DNA of 64,000 bases, taken from an uncultured delta proteobacterium (GTDB lineage Bacteria > Desulfobacterota > Binatia > Bin18). Of the stretch, positions 41,991 through 52,608 are shown piece after piece. The DNA lies in assembly GCA_963733195.1 (NCBI GenBank), contig CAVTCR010000060.1, forward strand, positions 32,001-96,000, in the 5' to 3' direction. A model generated the notes under the pieces. It was not told the origin of the DNA, ran no database searches, and worked only from the letters and a program-made list of their open reading frames with translations. Position 1 is the stretch's first letter, and every line of letters begins with the position of its first letter. The translations under genes and the position numbers were made by a program.

Positions 41991-42416
41991 ATGAGAAAAA
42001 CCTTCTTGAAAAAGACTCGTGAGGCCCTCGTCGCACGGAAGGAACAGATTCTTAAACAGCTCAACGAGGAGGTCAAAGAAGGAAAAGAAGCCGCCCTGGA
42101 TGAAGGAATGGATACCTACGACCTCGCCAGCGAAGAACGGAGCCGTGAGATTAATCTCATTCTCAGCGATCGCGACCGAGATAAGCTCCAAGCGATTGAG
42201 GACGCGCTCGAACGCATCGAAGACGGCTCTTATGGTATCTGTGAGCAGTGTGAAGAAGAAATCGCTCCCGAGCGACTGGAAGCATTACCCTTCACTCGCC
42301 TCTGCGTTTCGTGCCAGAGTGAAATGGAACGAGAGGCGAAACAGCACCGTCGGCCGGATGATGAACGTGGCCACCGACGCACGAACCTGTCTGATTTTGA
42401 CGAAGACAATTTTTAG
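41991..42416 (+). CDS. dksA: DksA/TraR C4 zinc-finger protein
   Basis: DxxDxA (DTYDLA), YGICEQC, RLEALP, CVSC. Confidence 0.82.
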   Translation: MRKTFLKKTREALVARKEQILKQLNEEVKEGKEAALDEGMDTYDLASEERSREINLILSDRDRDKLQAIEDALERIEDGSYGICEQCEEEIAPERLEALPFTRLCVSCQSEMEREAKQHRRPDDERGHRRTNLSDFDEDNF

Positions 42417-42523
42417 TAGCTCACCGCTATAAAGGTGAAGGAAGTTCTTTTGCTCCCCCTCTCTCTCTTCCATACAGTCAGAAGACTCTGCCAATAGCGA
42501 CCACCATCTGACAAATAAATGAG

Positions 42524-43891
42524 ATGAATTCTTCCTCGTCCGTACGAGACCAGTTGCAAGTGCTTTTTTCTGCAGCGGTTTCTGCAGTTGACCCACGTTC
42601 CCTCATAGACCGTAGCGTACGTAAAGAGCAAGATAGTCTTCTTGTCCAACCACCTGGAGATAGTTCTCTGCACTACCGTTTCCCACTCCATGGGCGGATT
42701 TTCTTAATTGGTGCAGGAAAAGGGGCTGGCTTTCTCGCCCAAGGACTTGAGCACCTCCTCAAAGGACTCGAGATTATAGGAGTGATTGTTGTTCCTGCCG
42801 GTCAGAAGACCGACCTTCATCGTGTGGCGGTTGTTCACGGCGAGCATCCATTGCCAGGGGAAGGAAGCCTACAGGGAGCAAAGGCCATATTCGCCCTGCT
42901 TGCCCAGAAGCGACCGGGTGATCTGATCTGCTTTTGCTTAACTGGTGGGGCATCGAGCTTACTGGTCAGCCCAGTAGAAGGTGTTTCTCTTGCTGATAAA
43001 ATTGTTGTCAATCAACTTCTGCTTGCATGCGGAGCAGATATTCATGAGGTGAATAGCGTACGCAAGCATCTCTCGCGTATCAAAGGCGGCGGACTTGCTC
43101 GCGCTGTGTTTCCCAATCAAGTAGTGAGTTTTATTCTTTCAGATGTCTTGGATGATGATGTGAGTACGATCGGTTCAGGACCGACCTCTCCAGACCCTAG
43201 TACCTTCGCTGAAGTATGGGAAATCGTAGAACGATACGCTCTTCTTGACCAACTCCCACCGTCTGTCCGTTCTCACTTGTTCACTGGATGTCAGAGATTG
43301 CAACAGGAAACGCCCAAGCCCGGGGATAAGATTTTTTCTCGTGCCCATAACATTCTCGTTGGTTCTAACCGCTTAGCACTTGAAGCTGCTGCTATCACAG
43401 CGCGAACGCTCGGCTTCGTCCCACACATTCTCCCAACTCCGCTGTCTGGTGACACGACCGACTCTGCTCGCTCCTTTGCGCATACCCTTCACTTGCTATT
43501 GCCTATCTGTCGAGCACCTATGTGTGTACTTGCTGGCGGAGAAACGACTGTTCGCATTACCGGAAAGGGCAAAGGAGGGCGCAATCAGGAGTTTGCCCTT
43601 CTCGTTGCCGAAGAGTTGCAGGGAAAGCACGGGTGGGCGCTACTAAGTGCAGGCACAGACGGAATCGACGGACCAACAGATGCGGCTGGTGCCTTTGTCG
43701 ATGGCAATAGTGTAAAACGGGCACAACAGCGGGGACTTGTACCCTCGCTATTGCTCAAAGCAAACGATACGTACTCGCTATTTTCTGCGCTTGAGGATCT
43801 TTTCATTCCTGGACCGACCGGAACTAATGTTATGGATATCAAAATCGCCCTCCTCTGGCCGACCACATCATCGGCTGACCGTTCCTCTTGA
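42524..43891 (+). CDS. Glycerate 2-kinase / MOFRL family
   Basis: GAGK, HPLP, KGGGLA, GGETTV, GGRNQE, GTDGIDG, GPTGTNVMD. Confidence 0.9.
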   Translation: MNSSSSVRDQLQVLFSAAVSAVDPRSLIDRSVRKEQDSLLVQPPGDSSLHYRFPLHGRIFLIGAGKGAGFLAQGLEHLLKGLEIIGVIVVPAGQKTDLHRVAVVHGEHPLPGEGSLQGAKAIFALLAQKRPGDLICFCLTGGASSLLVSPVEGVSLADKIVVNQLLLACGADIHEVNSVRKHLSRIKGGGLARAVFPNQVVSFILSDVLDDDVSTIGSGPTSPDPSTFAEVWEIVERYALLDQLPPSVRSHLFTGCQRLQQETPKPGDKIFSRAHNILVGSNRLALEAAAITARTLGFVPHILPTPLSGDTTDSARSFAHTLHLLLPICRAPMCVLAGGETTVRITGKGKGGRNQEFALLVAEELQGKHGWALLSAGTDGIDGPTDAAGAFVDGNSVKRAQQRGLVPSLLLKANDTYSLFSALEDLFIPGPTGTNVMDIKIALLWPTTSSADRSS

Positions 43892-43931
43892 ACTCTTGCG
43901 TAAAAGTCGAGACATTATTAAGAGAGGAACT

Positions 43932-44534
43932 ATGGAAAAAAACCGCACAACAGGCACGACTGGACGCGTCCCTCCAGGACAACATTTGGTAGAGAAATGG
44001 CCGGTTCTTAGTTATGGGCCAACGCCACGTTTTAACCCTGCCGTGTGGGATTTTCGCCTCTTTGGTTTCGTTGAACGTCCTGTCCGACTGAATTATCAAC
44101 AATTCCGTACCCTACCACAAAACCGCCTCATGGCAGATTTTCACTGCGTCACCACTTGGTCTCGCCTCGACAACACGTGGGAAGGTGTTCTGGCGAAAGA
44201 CGTCGCCGCACTCGTACAACTCAAGCCTGAGGCTCGTTATGTCGTTATCCACTGTGAGGGTGGATATACAACGAACCTGACACGTGCCCAGTTTCTTGAT
44301 GATGATGTGATTTTTGCACATCGTCATGACGGTCGGGACTTAGAGCCTGACCACGGCTGGCCGCTCCGGTTGGTCGTGCCGAAGCTGTATGCGTGGAAAA
44401 GTGCTAAATGGGTACGAGGAATAGAGTTCTTAGCCGAGGATAAACGTGGCTTCTGGGAAGTCCGCGGTTACCACAATCGTGGAAATCCCTGGAAAGAGGA
44501 ACGCTACAGTGATCAAGAAGAAGACGAAGAGTAG
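43932..44534 (+). CDS. Sulfite oxidase-like molybdopterin-dependent oxidoreductase
   Basis: RVPPGQ, DFHCVTTWS, HGWPLRLVVPKLYAWKSAKW, GFWE..GYH; start MEKNR (SD GAGGA). Confidence 0.88.
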   Translation: MEKNRTTGTTGRVPPGQHLVEKWPVLSYGPTPRFNPAVWDFRLFGFVERPVRLNYQQFRTLPQNRLMADFHCVTTWSRLDNTWEGVLAKDVAALVQLKPEARYVVIHCEGGYTTNLTRAQFLDDDVIFAHRHDGRDLEPDHGWPLRLVVPKLYAWKSAKWVRGIEFLAEDKRGFWEVRGYHNRGNPWKEERYSDQEEDEE

Positions 44535-44696
44535 ACGTCCAACCTCTTCCCTTTCTTGCTGATTTTCACTTTTCCTCCCTTGTCTCTGGTTGTGTATCTA
44601 CTCCTTCTTTACTAGGTAGCCTACCAGTGCGAGGAGGCGGATATCGAAGTATTCCCTCTCCTCATTTGAATAAATGTATGTTCATTTTCGTTTTTT

Positions 44697-44751
44697 CTGA
44701 ATGGGCGTTCAGTCAAAATTTTCTTGACAAGGCCTAGGAGAGAGATATAAA
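44697..44751 (+). promoter_or_regulatory. Sigma70 promoter with an upstream imperfect palindrome (possible operator)
   Basis: TTGACA(44724)-N16-TATAAA; CTGAATGGGCGTTCAG at 44697-44712. Confidence 0.55.
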
Positions 44752-44817
44752 GAGTTCCTTGCGTACTCCTCTAACGAACGGCCTCCAGGTGCGACACCGG
44801 AGTACCGGAGAAACACA

Positions 44818-45948
44818 ATGGCAGTGTATACACCTTTAGATCACAGGACGGTTGCGAACCTCGTGAGCACGTACGGACTCGGCAATCTCAGCAAAATGAC
44901 GGGAATTCCTGTCGGTTCGGTAAATACTCACTATCTGTTAGAAACTTCCAAGGGGAAAGTGATCCTCAAAATCGACGAAGCTAAAAGCTTATCTGAAGCG
45001 GAGCGAGAACTTTCTTTATTGCTCTTCCTACGCGAACGTGACTTTCGCTGTCCACAGCCGTTAGTCGATCGCACTGGGCAGTATTACCATGCGTACAAAG
45101 GAAAGCCGATTTCTCTGTATGCACTGTTGAGTGGTAAGAGCTTCCCAGAGGCACAACTGACAACTATTCAGCTTAAGCACGTCGGACAGATGCTCGCCAC
45201 TCTTCACCTACTCAGTCCCGGCTATCCAAAAGACGAGGACAATCGCTTTAGTGCTGCTCGCGTGCTCTCCCTCTATCAGGAGGTCAAAGATTGCTTGCCT
45301 GGCTACTTACGTCATCTAACTCATATGCTCGATGATGAGGTAATCTACCAACAGCAGTACCAGGAAGATCGCCTGCCAAAGGGGATCATTCATGGGGATC
45401 TGTTTGCGGATAATCTTCTTTTCCGCAAAGATAAAGTCGTCGGTGTCCTCGATTTTGAAGCCGCATGCTACGGGAAATTCATCTATGACGTAGCTACAGC
45501 GGTCAACGCTTTATGCTACCTCGACGGACGCTATGTTATCGATCGCTTTGATGCGTTAATCACAGGCTACCAAAGCGTACGGACTTTGACGCTCACCGAA
45601 TGGGACGCCTTTCCCAATGAGTTACGCTTCTCTGCTTTTCGTTTTACTATCACTCGCCTGAAAGACTTCTTCTTGCGCCCGATGGAAGCACGAGATCGAG
45701 TCAGTAAAGACTTTCGTGAGTTTTTTGATCGACTCCAAGTCTTACGCCGCGAACGCTCAGGCGGTATGGACCGACTTCTCCTTGCTATGGCAACTGGCTA
45801 TGATTATCGCCAGTACCAAAAACCCCCGGCAGCCCACGATAAGCCGGAAGGGCGAACGCCAACACAGAATAGGAGAAGCGGAGGAAGACAGCGAGAGGCC
45901 CCAATTTCGCAATTGCGAATACAGAAACGTACCGCGGCTGCTCGTTAG
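44818..45948 (+). CDS. thrB: Homoserine kinase type II (APH-like)
   Basis: MAVYT start, G.VNT.Y, LPKGIIHGDLFADN, DF, RF..TRL.D. Confidence 0.8.
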   Translation: MAVYTPLDHRTVANLVSTYGLGNLSKMTGIPVGSVNTHYLLETSKGKVILKIDEAKSLSEAERELSLLLFLRERDFRCPQPLVDRTGQYYHAYKGKPISLYALLSGKSFPEAQLTTIQLKHVGQMLATLHLLSPGYPKDEDNRFSAARVLSLYQEVKDCLPGYLRHLTHMLDDEVIYQQQYQEDRLPKGIIHGDLFADNLLFRKDKVVGVLDFEAACYGKFIYDVATAVNALCYLDGRYVIDRFDALITGYQSVRTLTLTEWDAFPNELRFSAFRFTITRLKDFFLRPMEARDRVSKDFREFFDRLQVLRRERSGGMDRLLLAMATGYDYRQYQKPPAAHDKPEGRTPTQNRRSGGRQREAPISQLRIQKRTAAAR

Positions 45949-45973
45949 TAGTCGTCCTTCAACAACTACCGCC

Positions 45974-47464
45974 ATGTTCAAGAAGATTCTCATCGCGAAT
46001 CGCGGCGAGATTGCCAGTCGTATTGCGCAAACGTGCCGTGAACTCGGCATTGCCACGGTCGCCGTATACTCTGAAGCTGACCGTTCCTCGCCTCATGTCT
46101 ATGCCGCAGATGAAGCACTGTGGATTGGTCCAGCGCCAGCGAAGGAAAGCTATCTTAATGCAGAGGCCGTTATTGCCGCCGCGCAACGAACTGGGGCGCA
46201 AGCAATTCATCCAGGCTATGGCTTCCTCTCCGAAAATCCCACGTTTGCCCGTTTGGTAGGAGAAGCCGGACTCACCTTCATTGGCCCTTCTCCAAATTCC
46301 CTCGCTGCGGTTGGGAATAAAATTTTTGCTCGGCAGACTGTAACAAAACTCGGGGTGCCTGTGGTGCCGGCGTTAGAAAATCCTTCCCGCGACCCAAGCG
46401 TCTTACAAGAGCAGGCGCGTGCCCTCGGTTATCCGCTACTTATCAAAGCAGCCTCAGGTGGTGGTGGCAAAGGTATGCGTATCGTTCGCAACGAAAAAGA
46501 CCTCGCCGAGTCAGTCGCCGCTGCCGAGCGCGAAGCACTCGCGGCGTTCGCTGAAGGGACTGTCTATCTGGAGCGTTACATTGAACGCCCGCGTCACGTC
46601 GAGGTACAAATCCTAGGGGATACGCATGGTACCCTTGTTCATCTCGGCGAGCGTGAATGCTCAATCCAGCGACGTTATCAGAAAATCCTCGAAGAAACCC
46701 CTTCTCCAGCGATGAATGAGAAGCTACGCGAGGAAATGACCGCGGCCGCATTAACTGTGGCCAAAGCAGCTGGGTATTACAACGCGGGAACGGTTGAGTT
46801 TATCCTTGACGATACTGGGCGCTTCTATTTCCTCGAAGTAAATGCGCGCTTGCAAGTAGAACATCCGATTACAGAATGGATTACTGGCCTTGATCTGGTG
46901 CGAGAACAAATTCGCATTGCTGCCGGAGAACGGCTCGGCTTTACTCAGCGCAATATTCAGCGGCGTGGGCATGCTTTTGAGTGTCGTATTTATGCAGAAG
47001 ACCCAGCTCACGGATTTCTTCCCTCACCAGGTAAAGTACTACTCTGGCAAGCTCCCACAGGCCCTGGAGTGCGAGTTGATGCCGGAGTCGAATCTCACAC
47101 TGATGTATCCGTCTATTATGATCCGATGATCGCGAAACTTTCGACCTGGGGCCAAGATCGAGAACAAGCTCGTCGCCGGATGGAATCGGCGTTACGTCAC
47201 TGTGTCGTCTTGGGTCCCACAACCAATATCGCATTTCTTCGTGATTTACTCGCCCATCCAGCGTTCATTGCCGGGGCAACTCACACTGGGTTTCTTCCCG
47301 AACATTTCGCACAATGGCAGTCGCCCAACGCTCCACATCTCCACATCGCAGCTTTTGCCGCAGCATTCAGCCACAAACAGTCTGCTCTGAAATCTTTACA
47401 GAGCGCACAATCCTTCAACGAAACCCCTTGGCAGCAACTAGGGGGTTGGCGCACCGGAAACTAA
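45974..47464 (+). CDS. Biotin carboxylase subunit of an acyl-CoA (methylcrotonyl/propionyl-type) carboxylase
   Basis: MFKKILIANRGEIA, HPGYGFLSEN, GGGGKGMR, RECSIQRR, YYDPMIAK. Confidence 0.9.
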   Translation: MFKKILIANRGEIASRIAQTCRELGIATVAVYSEADRSSPHVYAADEALWIGPAPAKESYLNAEAVIAAAQRTGAQAIHPGYGFLSENPTFARLVGEAGLTFIGPSPNSLAAVGNKIFARQTVTKLGVPVVPALENPSRDPSVLQEQARALGYPLLIKAASGGGGKGMRIVRNEKDLAESVAAAEREALAAFAEGTVYLERYIERPRHVEVQILGDTHGTLVHLGERECSIQRRYQKILEETPSPAMNEKLREEMTAAALTVAKAAGYYNAGTVEFILDDTGRFYFLEVNARLQVEHPITEWITGLDLVREQIRIAAGERLGFTQRNIQRRGHAFECRIYAEDPAHGFLPSPGKVLLWQAPTGPGVRVDAGVESHTDVSVYYDPMIAKLSTWGQDREQARRRMESALRHCVVLGPTTNIAFLRDLLAHPAFIAGATHTGFLPEHFAQWQSPNAPHLHIAAFAAAFSHKQSALKSLQSAQSFNETPWQQLGGWRTGN

Positions 47465-47484
47465 TCCGATAACAGAGAAAACAC

Positions 47485-48012
47485 ATGAAAACGACACTGC
47501 ATTCACATGGGAGTGCGCTGGTGGTCGAGTATCGTCAAGCTGGAGATGAATATACAGTAACAGTAAGTGATAAAACACTTCAAGCCCAGATCCTTACCGC
47601 ACATGATGGGGCACTCACACTTCTCGTTGATGGACAATTACTCCGAGCGCATGTCGTGAACGACGGACCGCGTACGCTCGTAGCTATAGACGGACGCGTA
47701 TATGAATTTCACCACGTAGAGAGGCAAATCGCCCAAAGCCGTCAACGCGAAGCCGGACGATTGAGCCCAGAGATCCACTCACCAATGCCCGGGAAAATTT
47801 TGGAAGTCCGCGTAACAGAAGGAGTAAGCGTCGAAGCTGGGCAGGTCCTCGTCGTACTGGAAGCAATGAAAATGGAGAACGCACTTACTGCTGAAGGACC
47901 TGCCCGTGTACGTAAGATTCACGTTTCATCTGGTGAACTTGTAGACCTCGGCCAACTTTTGGTTGAGCTTGAGTTTCCACAAACGACCTCGCAAGCCGAT
48001 CAGCCTAACTGA
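47485..48012 (+). CDS. Biotin carboxyl carrier protein with N-terminal BT-like domain
   Basis: SPMPG, LEAMKMEN. Confidence 0.88.
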   Translation: MKTTLHSHGSALVVEYRQAGDEYTVTVSDKTLQAQILTAHDGALTLLVDGQLLRAHVVNDGPRTLVAIDGRVYEFHHVERQIAQSRQREAGRLSPEIHSPMPGKILEVRVTEGVSVEAGQVLVVLEAMKMENALTAEGPARVRKIHVSSGELVDLGQLLVELEFPQTTSQADQPN

Positions 48013-48914
48013 GCGCCGACACGTACGCCATTCTGTAGCGCGAACTCTGCAGCAGCGATTTTTCCGCCTTCACCGCGCACTTTTTTAGCAATGATTGTCC
48101 CGCCAGGAGCAGCGATGTGTAGATCTTCGCCCTCAATCGCTGTCACTTGGCCGGGAGACGCAGAAGACGTGTTCGGCTGCAGACGACAATCGTACAAACG
48201 TACCATTTTGCCCTGCCACGTTGTGTACGCTCCCGGCTGAGGGTCGCAGCCACGAATGCGATTGTAAACAATTTGAGCTGGTTGCGTCCAATCAATCCGC
48301 CCATGTTCATCACTACAGGGAGGATCGTAGTTCGCTCGTGATTCATCTTGCACGATACGTGGGGGATTCCCGGCTTTAATGAGGTCTACCGACTCTGCAA
48401 TGGCATCAACTCCAACAGGGAAAAGTTTATTGAAGTACAATGTCCCGGTGGTGTCGTCGGGACCAACAGCAACTTCCTTCTGCAAGAGAATCGGCCCAGT
48501 GTCGATACCTTCATCGACCCAGAACAACGTGACGCCAGTCTTTGCTTCCCCGTTGATCAAGGCCCAATTAATCGCACTCCGGCCACGATACTTCGGCAAC
48601 AGCGAAGGATGGAAACAGATGCTGCCAAACCGAGGAACATTGAAAACTTGCGGTGGAACGATCTGGGTTACGAAGGCTAAGATCGCTAAATCCGCATTAA
48701 GAGAAACAAACTGCTCGCGCACTTCGGGAGTTTTGAGTGTCTTGTGTTGATGCACGGGTATGCCGAGCTGGATCGCTCGTTGTTTAACCGGATCGAACTT
48801 CCCTCCCGGAGCATCAGGTGGGCAGAACACAGCGAGCACGTCCTCACCTTTACTCGTAAGTTTGTCGAGTGTCTTCTCGGCAAATGCGGCTTGTCCAATA
48901 AGAATAATGCGCAT
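48000..48914 (-). CDS. Formyltransferase-family protein (Fmt paralog; resembles the 10-formyl-THF dehydrogenase hydrolase domain)
   Basis: MRIILIGQ, FHPSLLPKYRG, AINW, DEGIDTGP, IRGCDPQPGA; SD AAGGAGG. Confidence 0.8.
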   Translation of the reverse strand: MRIILIGQAAFAEKTLDKLTSKGEDVLAVFCPPDAPGGKFDPVKQRAIQLGIPVHQHKTLKTPEVREQFVSLNADLAILAFVTQIVPPQVFNVPRFGSICFHPSLLPKYRGRSAINWALINGEAKTGVTLFWVDEGIDTGPILLQKEVAVGPDDTTGTLYFNKLFPVGVDAIAESVDLIKAGNPPRIVQDESRANYDPPCSDEHGRIDWTQPAQIVYNRIRGCDPQPGAYTTWQGKMVRLYDCRLQPNTSSASPGQVTAIEGEDLHIAAPGGTIIAKKVRGEGGKIAAAEFALQNGVRVGAQLG

Positions 48915-48958
48915 GGGTATTTGCCCCTCCTTCACTCATGCTTGTTCCTTACCAACAG

Positions 48959-49694
48959 CTAAGGGAAAAGGTCGCGACACATACGACCAATAACTGTGGC
49001 TATGCGTTGCGCTCCCTCAGTAGTGGCAATCAGCCTGTTATTGATTTCCAGCTCAAGGTACACTAGACCATTCCGCTCTCCATGACTACGAGCACTGAAA
49101 ATCAACCCGTCGTACCCTGAATACGGTTCGTTATAACGGACGCGATGGCCATCGCGGCCAAGATGTCCCCCTACTTCTTGTGCCAGATCTTCATAACGAT
49201 CAAACAGAACACCTAAATCAAACCGTCGTTCTTTCTTCTCCTAGAACAGGTGTAAAGCTGTGGATACTGAGTAGAGTGATAGGTTGGTGGCCATTTTTTC
49301 CTGCAAGGAGACTGTCAATCGCTTCATGATACGGCCGATAGAATTGGTCTATACGTCTCTGGTATTCCTCTGGTGACACATCACGGTTTCCGAGAATGAC
49401 GGTTCGATCGCTCTCTCGCACGATAAGGTCGTGATCATTCAGATCTCGGTTACAGTCGATGAGTAGCCGTGAATAGCCAGAACAAATCGCTGGGACGTCA
49501 AGGGTTTGCGCAAGTGAAGCGACGACCGAACGCGCACCAATATCCCAACCAATATGCCGCTGTACTTCCGCGGAAGAGAGACCAAGGTTCTGGTATTCCT
49601 GTGGAAGTGCATAGGACGCATGCTCGCAGGTAAGAACTAACGGAAACTGCCCTTCTGGATTAATCAGCTCAAACGAGTTGCTGTTTTGCTGCAT
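48959..49694 (-). CDS. N-formylglutamate amidohydrolase family, frameshift near 49235
   Basis: CEHAS, HIGWDIG, SRLLIDCNR, IHSFTP; by hand the shifted frame gives NEPYSG..H..LELEINN to TAG at 48961-48959. Confidence 0.85.
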
Positions 49695-49750
49695 GCCTCC
49701 TGATTACTGAAGGAGGGGAAAAGTTGCAAGTCTTCCTAGATAAAACTCCG

Positions 49751-49779
49751 TTGACAAAAGAACAGGTTATTCATATAAA
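49751..49779 (+). promoter_or_regulatory. Sigma70 promoter of the IclR gene
   Basis: TTGACA-N17-TATAAA. Confidence 0.65.
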
Positions 49780-49823
49780 GTAAAACGTTTTTTGCCATCT
49801 GACCGAGGTTCCAAGGAGGCATC

Positions 49824-50600
49824 ATGGTTCGCCGTGAAAAGAGCAACTACATTATCCAGGCTGTGGCTCACGCTCTGGATGTACTTGAACAGTTCCACGG
49901 TGACGCAGAGTTAGGAGTTACAGAACTCAGTAAAAGGTTACGACTCCATAAAAACAATGTTTTCCGTATTCTTGCGACTCTCGAATCCCGGGGCTACATA
50001 GAGCAGAACCGTTCTACTGAAAACTATCGTTTAGGAACACGCTGTTTGCAAATGGGTCAAAGCTATATCCAGCATATGGGATTGCTCAGGCAAGCACGTC
50101 CGATCATGGCAGAGGTGGTGAAAACATGTCATGAAAGCGCCTATGTTACCGTTATGCGCAAGGGTAAAGTCGTTCCTCTGGATATGGTTGAATCTGACCA
50201 ACCAGTACGTATCGTTTCTCATATCGGCGAGGCGTTGCCTCTCTATTGCACTGCGGCTGGAAAAATTCACCTTGCCTTTGAGCCCGCTGACGAAATCCAG
50301 CGGAACTTTCCAGAAGGGCTTGAGCGCTATACCGAGAATACAATCATTGATCGTCGTGTCTTGGTGGACCAGTTGAAAGAAGTGGCCACAGTAGGCTACG
50401 CCCTCGAGAACGGTGAATACCTTGCTGACGTGCGCACGATTGCTGTACCAATTCGTGATTACACACGCACTGTGGTTGGCAGTCTCGCGGTCAGTGGTCC
50501 TGCCTATCGGATTCCCTCTGAACGGATTGAGAAAGAACTTTCACCCCTCGTGCTCAATGCTGGCCGAGAACTCTCGGTTCGATTGGGCTATAACGCATAA
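49824..50600 (+). CDS. IclR family transcriptional regulator
   Basis: N-terminal HTH, PLYCTAAGK, GYA, IAVPIRD. Confidence 0.93.
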   Translation: MVRREKSNYIIQAVAHALDVLEQFHGDAELGVTELSKRLRLHKNNVFRILATLESRGYIEQNRSTENYRLGTRCLQMGQSYIQHMGLLRQARPIMAEVVKTCHESAYVTVMRKGKVVPLDMVESDQPVRIVSHIGEALPLYCTAAGKIHLAFEPADEIQRNFPEGLERYTENTIIDRRVLVDQLKEVATVGYALENGEYLADVRTIAVPIRDYTRTVVGSLAVSGPAYRIPSERIEKELSPLVLNAGRELSVRLGYNA

Positions 50601-50696
50601 AGCTACAGCGCTTGACAGTGGCATGCAGACGCGCTGAAGTAGGGCGGCATCTCAGCCCCGTACCCCCACCATATCATCACATGGAGGAATAGTGGA

Positions 50697-51449
50697 GTGA
50701 AAACGCTAGTTACGGTCAAGCGCGTTCCTGACCCAGAAACGACGATTCGCGTGAAACCCGATGGATCAGGAATCGTCACTGACAACGTCAAGTATGTCAT
50801 CAACCCGTTCGATGAAATCGCTATCGAAGAAGCACTACGGATCAAAGAAAAGCTCGGCGGTGAAGTGATTCTTGCTAGCATTGGCGCCAAAGTAGTCACC
50901 GAACAATTACGCACGGGGTTAGCCATGGGTGCTGACCGTGCGGTTCTGATCCTCTGCGAGCAAGAACTCGACTCGCTAGCAGTAGCCCGCGTCTTTGCGA
51001 AACTCGTCGAAAACGAAAAACCTGAGTTGGTCGTCATGGGCAAACAAGCTATTGACGATGATTCCAATCAAGCAGGCCAAATGCTTGCAGCTCTCCTTGA
51101 TTGGCCGCAAGCAACATTTGCCTCAAAGGTCGAATTCGCCGCAGATCAACAGTCCGTTCAAGTCACGCGCGAGGTTGACGGAGGATTAGAAACAGTAGGC
51201 TTCTCCTTACCAGGTATTATTACTGCTGACCTGCGCTTAAATGAACCTCGTTATGCCTCACTGCCAGGAATCATGAAGGCTCGCAAGAAAGAGATTAAAG
51301 AGGTTCCTATCGCCGACTTAGGTGCTGATGCTACCCCGCGACTGAAAGTCCAAAAACTGGAGCCACCAGCAAAGAAACAAGCGGGCAAGAAACTCGATAC
51401 CGTCCAGGCGCTCGTGGATTCGCTCCACACAGAAGCGAAAGTGATCTAA
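50697..51449 (+). CDS. etfB: Electron transfer flavoprotein beta
   Basis: [34 protein letters not shown]. Confidence 0.95.
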   Translation: MKTLVTVKRVPDPETTIRVKPDGSGIVTDNVKYVINPFDEIAIEEALRIKEKLGGEVILASIGAKVVTEQLRTGLAMGADRAVLILCEQELDSLAVARVFAKLVENEKPELVVMGKQAIDDDSNQAGQMLAALLDWPQATFASKVEFAADQQSVQVTREVDGGLETVGFSLPGIITADLRLNEPRYASLPGIMKARKKEIKEVPIADLGADATPRLKVQKLEPPAKKQAGKKLDTVQALVDSLHTEAKVI

Positions 51450-51460
51450 GGAGTACTGAA

Positions 51461-52429
51461 GTGGGTAACGTTCTTGTTTTTGCTGAACATCACAAAGGAA
51501 AATTTCCTAAGAGCACCCTGATTGCGTTGCAAGCTGGGAAAGAAGCGGCAAGTAAACTTGGCGGCGATTGCATCGCCACCGTCTTGGGGGCAGGAGTTGA
51601 TGCCCTTGCGAAAGAGATCTCTGGATATGGGGTTGCCAAGGTCATTGCTGCGGATGATGCAGCGCTTGCTGATTATCTTGCTGACGTCTACACAGCAACG
51701 CTCGAACAATTGATCAAAGCTAATGACGTATCGTTACTAATCGCAACTTCCACTGCCGTTGGGAAAGATTTACTTCCTCGTGTCGCAGCACGTCTTGGCG
51801 TGAGTATGGCCACTGACGTCGTCGCCATTAACGAGGACGGCACGTTTAAGCGACCGATGTACGCAGGTAATGCACTCGCGACCGTTTCACTCGACGGACC
51901 AGTGAAAGTTATCTCTGTTCGTGGAACGGCTTTTGACGCGGCGAAACCTGAAGGGCAGGCTTCAGTGGAGAAGGCCAGTATCAAACTCGATGCCGCCGCG
52001 AAGAAAATGCAGTTCGTCTCCTTCAATGAGATCAAGTCTGATCGTCCGCAGTTGACTGAAGCACGGATTGTTGTGTCTGGCGGTCGCGGTTTGAAATCGG
52101 GTGAAAACTTTACCACCTATTTAGAACCGTTGGTCGACGCGCTCGGTGCAGCGATGGGCGCGAGTCGTGCGGCTGTGGATGCGGGTTTTGTACCGAACGA
52201 TCTTCAGGTCGGTCAAACGGGGAAAGTTGTCGCTCCAGAACTGTACTTTGCGGTTGGGATTTCCGGCGCGATTCAGCATTTAGCCGGAATGAAAGATTCC
52301 AAAGTGATCGTCGCGATCAATAAGGATCCCGAGGCACCGATCTTTAGCGTCGCCGATTATGGCCTCGTAGCCGACCTCTTCAAAGCTGTCCCTGAGCTGA
52401 CTGAAGAAGTGAAGAAGCTCAAAGGATAA
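51461..52429 (+). CDS. etfA: Electron transfer flavoprotein alpha
   Basis: RPMYAGN, SGGRG, QVGQTGK, GISGAIQH. Confidence 0.95.
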   Translation: MGNVLVFAEHHKGKFPKSTLIALQAGKEAASKLGGDCIATVLGAGVDALAKEISGYGVAKVIAADDAALADYLADVYTATLEQLIKANDVSLLIATSTAVGKDLLPRVAARLGVSMATDVVAINEDGTFKRPMYAGNALATVSLDGPVKVISVRGTAFDAAKPEGQASVEKASIKLDAAAKKMQFVSFNEIKSDRPQLTEARIVVSGGRGLKSGENFTTYLEPLVDALGAAMGASRAAVDAGFVPNDLQVGQTGKVVAPELYFAVGISGAIQHLAGMKDSKVIVAINKDPEAPIFSVADYGLVADLFKAVPELTEEVKKLKG

Positions 52430-52608
52430 GAAATTTTCGCAGGGCTGCTGATAGCGCGGCAGCTCTGCTCCTTTCCTGTCACTCGCCCACTCACAATTCC
52501 TCGACAGCAGTCGCCAAGGCAACAAATCGAAAAGCCCAGCTTTATCGATGGTAAAACCAAATCGTACGGCGACGGTTTTGTTTTGTGCGCGGAAACCCTG
52601 AAACCGTT

